Assembly: GCA_018985225.1 (NCBI GenBank)
Contig: JADGIF010000404.1
Coordinates: forward strand, 1 to 9,252
DNA from: Amoeboradix gromovi X-113
Taxonomy: Eukaryota > Fungi > Sanchytriomycota
Direction of reading: 5' to 3'
Length of the DNA stretch: 9,252 nucleotides
In this document: piece after piece, positions 1-7,331 of the stretch
Numbering within the stretch: position 1 is the stretch's first letter
How the letters are laid out: each line of letters starts with the position of its first letter
Position numbers and translations under genes: made by a program
Notes under the pieces: model-generated
The model's database searches: none
Seen by the model: only the letters and a program-made list of their open reading frames with translations
What the model was told of the DNA's origin: nothing

Positions 1-1094
1 AGCTGTACAGAACATTTATTTTCCTTTTATACTCGTCAACTCCGCAACTAGCTGAATGTCCACTCGCCTCTTAAATCCATAAAAGTAATAAAGCTGAAAT
101 AATGTTCCAAGTTGTTACAGAAAGTTAGTCCAGTTTTTATATTTGATGTCCTGTATGCTAATATATTATTGGATATATTTCTTGCAGTTTAAAGCATCTC
201 ATAATACCTTATCCAGAAACAAGTTTTCAATTATTGTTTTAGTATAAATGACTGAATCTATGAAGCCTCTGACAAATCAGGATAGAAGATGAAATCTGCC
301 AGGATTTCCTATACTCCTGAGCCATACGGTTGAAGCAGTTCGTATCAGTTATAGATCAGATAACAGCAGAACAGCTCAGCCTATATAATACCATGTTCAC
401 ATAATTTCCTTGGACCTTCCTTGCCAAGGGACCGCATTACAGGAGCAGAGAGTCTTCGTCTACTGTTACTGGGCTACCAGAACGAGGTGCAACACCTCAC
501 AAGAATATTACGCTCACGTGAGTTTGAAATTCCAGACTTGAGCGAAGCAGCAATTCGTGGACTCTTCCCAGGATTAGCAGTACCCTTTATACGTCGTGAA
601 CCCGTGAGTACAGATATCGGGCACCAACCGGTGCAATCTTCTCAGAGTCATCCAGAACACAAGCTGCGTGAGATTGGACACCACCAAGATAAGCGAAAGC
701 CATAATTGCCAGTGCACCGTGTCTCTGAAGGTGATGTGATAAGCTAATTTACAACTCCTTAGCATATTAAGGTATTCATTCAACTTCTAGAGTAGGCGGC
801 GAGCGGCGTCCTTTTCCTGCAATTGCTACTGTAAGGCCAAAATCCTAGCATTGTTCATAGCTTTCAGGCATAGTAGTGCTGCATCATAGCGTATCTGCCT
901 TGCACGCGGTTGCGGTGCCCAAGGTTAACTTTCACTGGTTACTCTGGCCAGTGTTGCTTATAAACGCAGATCATACATGGCAAAACATAATGAACCGAAT
1001 AAGAGGTCTCTAGATGTTTCTCGTCTGAATGGCTGGCCAGATATACTTACTTTGCTTGCACCATTTTACTCTCAAAACTGTGGATAAAACCAGG

Positions 1095-2948
1095 ATGAGA
1101 AGCGTCGAGCATCTGAAATTGGGAATACAAAAGGACCCAGAGCTGTACATAGATGAGTTTGAGAACCACATTCAGTATGTAATCAACTTATTGGCAGTCG
1201 AGTCGTATGCGGAACTGCAGTCATCGCTGAACTTAGTCCATCATTGCCTTTCAGGTATGTTCAACAAGGTGGATCTAAGCGTGATACTGTCTCTGCTGTT
1301 CAAAAACATCGCCTCGTTCAACAACACTCTTAGAATGACCACGGTGCAATTGTTTATCAAATACTGCCGAGTCGCATTTCAACGGGGATTTGTTAAGAAT
1401 GCGTTGCCTCAAGAGATCGGTCAGGCGAATCCCATTGTGTGGTACTGGGACTGGTCCTTTAACACGCTTCTGAAGTTATCCGACAAGCCGCTTCGCAAGT
1501 ACTTGCTGAATGTGATGGTTACCGATATCTCAAACCATAAGCAGTTCGAAAGCCAGTTTCTGCGGATTGTCCAACCGTTTCTAGACGCTGAGCTGCTAGA
1601 CAGCATCAAAGACTTCTCCAGTGACTGGATAAATCCATGCAAATATGCTCTTCGCTTGCTGATGCAGGGTGTCCATAGCAAGAGATTTACCACCAACTTG
1701 TCTACCCATCTGCTGACTACCTGTGTATTTCATCCAGTAGTTTCTGTGGCAATGAGCTCCACACAGTTTCTACTTAAGCCCTCAAAGCTGTTCGCGTCCA
1801 AAGTGCAGGAAGACGATGAGGAAGACGATGAGATGGTCAATCGCAACCTACTCAAGCAGCAAACCAACGAGCTGAAACGGCTCAATCACCTGATGCATGT
1901 AAGCAAAGGCGCCACAAGAAAAAGCGGAATCAAATCTGAGCAAAGGTTGAAGAAATCCATCAAGAAGCATCAGAAGCTGCTGGGAAAAGATCAAGAGAAT
2001 GACTACGTCAGCGAGTCACATACCCTGATAAGGCTGCTAAGCAATCCGTACGAGTTTTATGACAAGGTGTATAAACTGTGTATGGTCAGCTCTGGAGCCA
2101 CACGTTTAACAGCCAAGCACCGTGACCTTAAGCTCAGACTGGTAGCGAGATGCATATACGTGCATAAGCTGAACTGCCAACAGTACTATACTTTGCTACT
2201 CAGATGGATGCATCCGCATCTACCCAGCTGCCCGAATACCCTGCACTGCATGATGGAGAGCATACATGACCAGGTGCCTACGGAATGGATTAAACCCTGT
2301 GTGAGAGCCATAGCGGATAGATTTGTTGTTGAAGCTCAGGGGGACGACCGAATGGCTGTCGGCCTAGGAGTGATCAAATCCATATGCGAGAGGAACCCGA
2401 ATGTGTTCAGCACTGAAAGCTTTGATGACCTGACAAAGACAGAGACCCAGTTCAGTAAGGAACTTGCAGGGCCAGACCTGCTGACCGATCTGTGCCTGTA
2501 CACCAAATACAAGGGCAAGGCAGTGGTGAGTGCAAGCAGAGCACTGCTGAACTTCTATAGGGAAGCGAATCCTGAGTTGTTGCCGCAAAATATGAGAGGC
2601 AGGACCAGAAAAGACCAGTCAGACGATGAAGAGATGCAAAGTGAGAGTGGTGTCGAAGATTCGGATGGCTCAGAAGTGTCTGTGGAGCAGAACTTTGACG
2701 AGTTTGGTCCACTGGTAGAAATAGAGGAGAACGTAGAGGCGACATTCTATGTGGATGCCATAACGGCTGAAGACCAGGAAGCATTGAGCAAGCGCGTCAA
2801 GGATAAACATTCTCATTCCCATACTAGGAAGCAAAAAGCAGCTGGTGCCAGTTTAAGCGAGGCTCAGAAAAGAAAGAAAAAGAACACGATGATGTTGCTG
2901 CATGGAGGAAAGCTGGGCAAAGGTGGTAAAAAGAGAAAGATGAAATAA
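1095..2948 (+). CDS. SDA1: Sda1 (SDAD1) 60S ribosomal subunit biogenesis/export factor, ~617 aa
   Basis: Uninterrupted ORF 1029-2948. ATG 1095 (Met23 of the track ORF) directly precedes the Sda1 N-terminal motif LKLGIQKDPELYIDEF (cf. LQNL.KRDP.SY.EEF). The SDA1 core is recognisable: IHDQVPTEWIKPCVRAIADRFV, AVGLGVIKSICERNP, LLTDLCLYTKYKGKAVVSASRALLNFYREANPELLPQNMRGR. It is followed by an acidic tract and a basic C-terminus with SLSEAQKRKKKNTMM (cf. ST.N.EK.RKKNFMM). Motifs matched from memory. The upstream ATG at 1029 is possible but less likely. Confidence 0.93.
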   Translation: MRSVEHLKLGIQKDPELYIDEFENHIQYVINLLAVESYAELQSSLNLVHHCLSGMFNKVDLSVILSLLFKNIASFNNTLRMTTVQLFIKYCRVAFQRGFVKNALPQEIGQANPIVWYWDWSFNTLLKLSDKPLRKYLLNVMVTDISNHKQFESQFLRIVQPFLDAELLDSIKDFSSDWINPCKYALRLLMQGVHSKRFTTNLSTHLLTTCVFHPVVSVAMSSTQFLLKPSKLFASKVQEDDEEDDEMVNRNLLKQQTNELKRLNHLMHVSKGATRKSGIKSEQRLKKSIKKHQKLLGKDQENDYVSESHTLIRLLSNPYEFYDKVYKLCMVSSGATRLTAKHRDLKLRLVARCIYVHKLNCQQYYTLLLRWMHPHLPSCPNTLHCMMESIHDQVPTEWIKPCVRAIADRFVVEAQGDDRMAVGLGVIKSICERNPNVFSTESFDDLTKTETQFSKELAGPDLLTDLCLYTKYKGKAVVSASRALLNFYREANPELLPQNMRGRTRKDQSDDEEMQSESGVEDSDGSEVSVEQNFDEFGPLVEIEENVEATFYVDAITAEDQEALSKRVKDKHSHSHTRKQKAAGASLSEAQKRKKKNTMMLLHGGKLGKGGKKRKMK

Positions 2949-2959
2949 GACAAGCTGCA

Positions 2960-2965
2960 AATAAA
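2960..2965 (+). terminator. Putative polyadenylation signal AATAAA for SDA1
   Basis: AATAAA begins 12 nt after the SDA1 TAA and is followed by a T-rich tract (~2985-2996). Confidence 0.55.
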
Positions 2966-3217
2966 CAATTTAATAGATTCTGATTTTCTTTCTTTGCACG
3001 CTTCATACAATTGTATTCAGGTTCTTATCCAACATAGGTTTTCCGGGTCCCAGTCCTTTTTTGGATTAAACCGTATAGTTGTAATACACTTTGAGGTTCT
3101 TGGCACTAAGAGAGTGGTCCGAGAGAGCAATCCGGATGTAGGATTGCAGGTCTTTAAACTGCATTTCCACCATTTAGCAGCATTTTGATATCCAGCATCT
3201 CCCAAGTCTCATAGTTG

Positions 3218-5650
3218 ATGATTGTTTTTACGAGCGAGCATGCGCAGCTTTCGCTTATTCAGGATATAAATGCTCCTGTCTGTAACTCCATAGAGATATT
3301 GGAATCCACAATACTTATATCAGCGGACGATGGTATTTACTACGGGCTTTACAGTAATTTGAAGAAGCTGACTCTGAACAAGAACACAACCTGTCTGTTG
3401 AAGTCTGGCGGCGATCTGATGACAATCCATCCCAGCTATATAGCCTCGTCCAGTCAGAAGATAGAATGTGACTTTCAACCGACTAGATTGCTGCCGATGC
3501 GCCACTACTGTCTGTTCTACAATCCCAATGGCTACTTCTCCCATCTGATCCGGAACGAGCTGAAGTCCCATCTCTTACCTTGCACAATCCTCAAGAAACC
3601 CATAAACTGCGCAGGTTTTATAAACCACAAGTCTGACATCAGGACCTTGCTGGTTACGGGCCACACCATATATCAGTTCAAGAACGGTAACAATACTCCT
3701 ATCAGCCAGAACACTTTCGACTTTGGTATATTTTGCATCATCGACGGTTATTCTACCTGGATGTGCATCTCTATCATAGACCACAGCTATTGTCTGGTGG
3801 AACTGGACCCAGAAACCTTGCAGCTCCTGAACACTGTTCCACTAGACCTGTCAGACAAGTGCGTATTTATTAACGCCTACATCCACCACAACTCACTAAT
3901 CGTTGTCTGTGCGTCCTCTGTGCTGGTATACAATATGCATGGCCAGCTTCTGGAGTCCATCGTGCTGCCAAACAACGCAAGGGTGGCTGCAACTAGTCCT
4001 TTGATTGATAAAGACGGCAAACTACGTTTTGTCTCTTCCATCTCCACCAATAAAAAATACACTCAGTTGGAGTTGTACGCTCTAGATATCAATGTCAAGC
4101 ACTCTATTCCATCCGACCAGTATACCAACGTCATCAACTACTACTGCTTTGGATGGCTCAACACTCCTCTCTCCATTTTGCCTGGTTCTGTCCTTGATGT
4201 CTTCATAGATTACTTGGTATCATCAGGCTCTATTCAGTCCCACATAGAAGCGTTACATCGCTTCTGTATGGCCTACAAATCGTTGGATACGCCTGTACCT
4301 GTGAAGTGTCTTGAGCTGTTGATATTCAAACAGCTGGGACTGTTTATGAGTAGCATCGACGACCATCTTTATCTTTCATCGTGCAACATGTCCAACAACA
4401 GGCACAAATCATTGTTCAACCACAAAGTCGTCGAGTTCGACTTTCTTTTTGGCGCTGCACAGTATTTGAACGGATCGCAGGACCAGCAGCTAACAGGGCT
4501 AGACATGGCAATGCGGATGCTCAACATCATCATAGACGATCTCGTCAACTTCACGGTGGGTCATAACAACAAAATCCCGTCAATATGCACAAACTCAAAC
4601 ACGTTGAACTGCGTAGCAAGTGGTCTACAATGTCCCAACGTCACTGTCGAATACATCGAATCCGCAGGTGTCTACTTACTACTGATGCTGCAGCACCCGA
4701 ATGACCTGGATGTTAACAACCAGCTTGTGGCGTGTTTTGGCAACGTGACCAGTCTGACTATTGAGGACGATTTGGGGCTACTGGCCAAGATGCTGAAGCA
4801 CTACCCTAACAGTGCATGCATAAGCAATGCCATATTCTGCAACAGCGCCGTGCATTACGACCTGGTGGAGCTGCTCTGTCCGCAGTTGAATGAGCACGTC
4901 TTGCAGTCATTCATCAACAACAAAAAGGGCGAGTTGCTGTGCCATTTCAAACAGGGACTAGACCTAGGACTCCATGCTGCCAGATACCCTGAGATACAGT
5001 GCTTGCTTAATGCCAAGGTAGGGAATCTTCACAAAGCCAACGACCTTCTGCTACTGGGCATAACAAAGTACGAGCAGGAGCACGGGATAGAGTTTGGCAA
5101 GCTGCATTACACAAAGAGCAAGTCGATGGGGTTTAGTCTGAGCAAATGCTTCGACTACCCGTATCTGCTGAGTCTCTCCAAGTTGTTAAGCAGAGGAGGC
5201 AATGCAGAGTGCTGGTCGGGCACAAGGTACATGGGGTACTACCTGATGCTGGACATTATGAGAATGAACGAGAACGTCTTTGACTACTACAAGGACACTT
5301 ACTGGTGGTACAAAGCCAACTTTGAAGACGAGTTCAATGATGTTGGGGCTGTGGATGTGATAATATGCAGTTTGCTGAACAGGGACACAATCAGCAGAGG
5401 AATGGAGTATCTGAAAGCATTGGAATCTCTGGAATATGCAGATATCAGCAAGGGACTGGTAATACTGGGATACACCAGGGCCATAGCCATGGAGGTGGAT
5501 GTTGCAGAAGAGGGGTTTGTGATGGATCTATTGAGCAGTAGCACATTTCAGGACTTGCACTGTCTGCAAGGATATTTGAGCAGCAAGACGTTCTGGGCTG
5601 CAGTGGAGAAAGAATACAGATACGCTTGCACACTGATGGTTAATAAATAG
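3218..5650 (+). CDS. ~810-aa protein with a beta-rich N-terminus and helical C-terminus; probable divergent nucleoporin Nup133
   Basis: The long uninterrupted ORF is clearly coding; first ATG is at 3218. The N-terminal ~290 aa are short hydrophobic beta-strand-like segments and the remainder is helical. The segment VLQSFINNKKGELL...ARYPEIQCLLNAKVGNLHKANDLLLLGI...YLLSLSKLL resembles the Nup133 C-terminal signature (F.WY...GK...LL ... H..LSWL..I......KA...LL.LA ... LLSLSKL). Family assignment is by eye, and the confidence refers to that identity. Confidence 0.55.
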   Translation: MIVFTSEHAQLSLIQDINAPVCNSIEILESTILISADDGIYYGLYSNLKKLTLNKNTTCLLKSGGDLMTIHPSYIASSSQKIECDFQPTRLLPMRHYCLFYNPNGYFSHLIRNELKSHLLPCTILKKPINCAGFINHKSDIRTLLVTGHTIYQFKNGNNTPISQNTFDFGIFCIIDGYSTWMCISIIDHSYCLVELDPETLQLLNTVPLDLSDKCVFINAYIHHNSLIVVCASSVLVYNMHGQLLESIVLPNNARVAATSPLIDKDGKLRFVSSISTNKKYTQLELYALDINVKHSIPSDQYTNVINYYCFGWLNTPLSILPGSVLDVFIDYLVSSGSIQSHIEALHRFCMAYKSLDTPVPVKCLELLIFKQLGLFMSSIDDHLYLSSCNMSNNRHKSLFNHKVVEFDFLFGAAQYLNGSQDQQLTGLDMAMRMLNIIIDDLVNFTVGHNNKIPSICTNSNTLNCVASGLQCPNVTVEYIESAGVYLLLMLQHPNDLDVNNQLVACFGNVTSLTIEDDLGLLAKMLKHYPNSACISNAIFCNSAVHYDLVELLCPQLNEHVLQSFINNKKGELLCHFKQGLDLGLHAARYPEIQCLLNAKVGNLHKANDLLLLGITKYEQEHGIEFGKLHYTKSKSMGFSLSKCFDYPYLLSLSKLLSRGGNAECWSGTRYMGYYLMLDIMRMNENVFDYYKDTYWWYKANFEDEFNDVGAVDVIICSLLNRDTISRGMEYLKALESLEYADISKGLVILGYTRAIAMEVDVAEEGFVMDLLSSSTFQDLHCLQGYLSSKTFWAAVEKEYRYACTLMVNK
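5642..5647 (+). terminator. Putative polyadenylation signal AATAAA overlapping the last two codons of the Nup133-like gene
   Basis: ...GTT AAT AAA TAG: AATAAA encodes the final Asn-Lys immediately before the TAG, followed by T-rich ATTTGTTTATT. Confidence 0.45.
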
Positions 5651-5655
5651 ATTTG

Positions 5656-5661
5656 TTTATT
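5656..5661 (-). terminator. Putative minus-strand polyadenylation signal AATAAA
   Basis: TTTATT at 5656-5661 on the + strand faces the Nup133-like signal. It is the nearest minus-strand AATAAA I found downstream of the orphan gene. Confidence 0.35.
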
Positions 5662-5718
5662 CAGAGGGTGCTACTTCCACTTGAATTTGTGACCATGACA
5701 TGCGGGCATAGCTGTTGA

Positions 5719-5785
5719 AAGTAGCTTGATGCAAGTAGCTTGATGCAAGTAGCTTGAAGAAAGTAGCTTGAAGAAAGTAGCTTGA
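5719..5785. repeat. Tandem minisatellite, 14-bp unit AAGTAGCTTGA(TGC/AGA), ~4.8 copies
   Basis: Units read directly: 5719-5732 and 5733-5746 AAGTAGCTTGATGC; 5747-5760 and 5761-5774 AAGTAGCTTGAAGA; 5775-5785 partial AAGTAGCTTGA. Confidence 0.97.
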
Positions 5786-5953
5786 CGGATGCAGGGGCCC
5801 GATGTTGCTGTGGTTGCCACGGTAGACTCAGGGCAACACCTGAATACCTCAAATGCACACGCTCAGCCCAGAGGTGCGGCATAAGCTACTGCCCTATGCT
5901 TGAGTATTTCGCACCAGACCGACCAAGCTAAATCTTAGCAATTGCTTTTGCAT

Positions 5954-6940
5954 CTACTTGTGCATTCTCTTGGTATGGTGTCTGACCAGAACATCGCGAT
6001 TGGCATCGTATTCGGACTTGGTAATGGGCCATTTCTTGTTGCTGGTCTCGTTGTGGAATGCAAACTCTTGGTCACAGCTTGCCAGAGCAATGTAAAACTG
6101 CTCCATCGTTAAGTCTTGCTCAACTCTAAAGAACTGGTAGAGCTCCCTATGCTTATTTCGGCCCTTGAACACCTTCATGAATGCTCTTGATAGTCGGTGG
6201 ATCGATTCACTTATGTCGGGATCCTTGCCCTTAGGCATGGCCCGATGAGCAGAGCTGCTCTGGGCTTCCAAGCCCAACTGCGGCACAACATTCGGGACAC
6301 AGGCGCTGCTTGGATCCTCAATCACTGGAGCCACTTCGCCGTTCTCTGCACCCGTATCCGTTTTGCTGGAGCCGGTCTTCTGCAAATAAGCCAGCGGGCG
6401 GACCTTTGAAATAGTTCTGGGCCTCTTAGTCACGCTTGAGCTCTCAAAAGAATGTGCAGGGGGAGTGCCATTTTCCAATTTCTCACTTGCAGATCCATTT
6501 TTTACCTCTGCCATCAGCTGTGAACCTAGTGCTCTGTTTTCGCTTGCAGACCGCTTTTTGCACTTTGATACCGTTGGTAAGGGTGTCAACTTTCTCACTC
6601 TCTCAGGAGTTGGCGCAGCGAATGGGAATGGACCGGAGTCTCGCCAATTTGCACCTGAAGATGATGCTGCAGATGCCCATTGTTCTGGTGGGATCGTGTA
6701 GCTCACTAGCTCTGATTTAGTTACGCTGTCATTATGGAGATATTTTGGCATCGATTCCTCGCTGCTTGTGAGCTCTTGATCGTCGAATTCAATCTCTAGT
6801 CTCATTCGCAATTTGCCCTTTAATCTTCTCATACTGGTTGCAATTCCCACCACTCGTCCATCCTCGACTCCTTTTGTCACTCTGACATCTAGTTTGTAAT
6901 CCTGATGAATTTTCAGAATCTCTAGTTTTATGGCCAACAT
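5954..6940 (-). CDS. Hypothetical (orphan) protein, ~328 aa
   Basis: Open frame of ~330 codons, with first ATG at 6940 and TAG at 5956-5954. It has a beta-like N-terminal ~55 aa, a long Ser/Pro/Lys-rich probably disordered middle with basic NLS-like patches (KCKKR, KRPR), and a compact helical C-terminal ~85 aa. No family recognised. Confidence 0.75.
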   Translation of the reverse strand: MLAIKLEILKIHQDYKLDVRVTKGVEDGRVVGIATSMRRLKGKLRMRLEIEFDDQELTSSEESMPKYLHNDSVTKSELVSYTIPPEQWASAASSSGANWRDSGPFPFAAPTPERVRKLTPLPTVSKCKKRSASENRALGSQLMAEVKNGSASEKLENGTPPAHSFESSSVTKRPRTISKVRPLAYLQKTGSSKTDTGAENGEVAPVIEDPSSACVPNVVPQLGLEAQSSSAHRAMPKGKDPDISESIHRLSRAFMKVFKGRNKHRELYQFFRVEQDLTMEQFYIALASCDQEFAFHNETSNKKWPITKSEYDANRDVLVRHHTKRMHK

Positions 6941-7020
6941 CAAAATCAACGAGCGAGGGAGCAGAAGACTTTATAGTTTTCCTGGCCAATGTAAAATTAG
7001 CGGCGCAAGCGAACTTGAAA

Positions 7021-7102
7021 ATGGATCATGGAGATGGATCATGGAAAGGGATCATGGAAATGGATCATGGAAATGGATCATGGAAATGGATCATGGAAAT
7101 GG
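7021..7102. repeat. Tandem minisatellite, 13-bp unit ATGGATCATGGAA, ~6.3 copies
   Basis: Units start at 7021 (ATGGATCATGGAG), 7034, 7047 (AGGGATCATGGAA), 7060, 7073 and 7086, with a partial ATGG at 7099-7102. There are only two substitutions in total. Confidence 0.97.
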
Positions 7103-7323
7103 CACAAGTAGAAAAATAAATATTTTGATGCATCGCACCTCGTAAGACCATTTTTCTCGATCTTTTATGGAGATTGCGCTGCATTATTTTTGCACAGGAC
7201 AATATGCCAAGAAGCAGGATCTGAGCAGTCAGCTAAATACTCCATATCTGCAAAGCTCTTGGTGCTTTACATCATTCTTTTGGTGCTAGGTGGTTTGGCT
7301 TTTTGAGATTAAGCACAGATGCA

Positions 7324-7329
7324 TTTATT
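7324..7329 (-). terminator. Putative polyadenylation signal AATAAA for ATG22
   Basis: The minus strand reads GTT TAA TT AATAAA, so the signal is separated from the stop by only 2 nt. Confidence 0.55.
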
Positions 7330-7331
7330 AA

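Noticed and set aside
153-187. 35-nt intron-like segment GTATGCTAAT…TTTCTTGCAG on the + strand
   Set aside because: All downstream frames close within ~20 codons and no supported flanking exons could be built.
514-978. Alternative genetic code (TAA/TAG = Gln), suggested by minus-strand frames here and at 8780-9250 that read through TAR codons
   Set aside because: All four long genes lack internal TAR codons (apart from the intronic TAA), use CAA/CAG for Gln, and end at TAA/TAG, three of them next to AATAAA. The standard code fits.
1043-1061. U1 snRNA-like 5' end (ATACTTAC…TTGCAC)
   Set aside because: It lacks the CCTG continuation and the spacing, stems and Sm site of U1, and it lies in the SDA1 promoter/5' region.
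1179-1197. 19-nt GT-AG word in SDA1 (GTAATCAACTTATTGGCAG); similar 19-20-mers occur in the Nup133-like ORF
   Set aside because: Sda1 homology is in one frame on both sides and excision would frameshift. Such words arise by chance, so size plus GT-AG alone is not evidence.
5661-5882. 73-aa minus-strand ORF across the 14-bp array as a gene or last exon
   Set aside because: It spans a non-3n repeat, has no recognisable motif, and the obvious GTAGAT donor at the orphan's stop does not splice into its frame. It is kept only as a caveat in the poly(A) finding.
5719-7102. CRISPR interpretation of the two repeat arrays (both follow TTGAAA)
   Set aside because: Units are 13-14 bp and directly tandem with no unique spacers. 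There are no cas genes and the context is eukaryotic.
6930-7145. 71-aa plus-strand ORF across the 13-bp array
   Set aside because: Its repetitive peptide is just the three-frame cycling of a non-3n repeat, and it overlaps the start of the orphan gene on the opposite strand.
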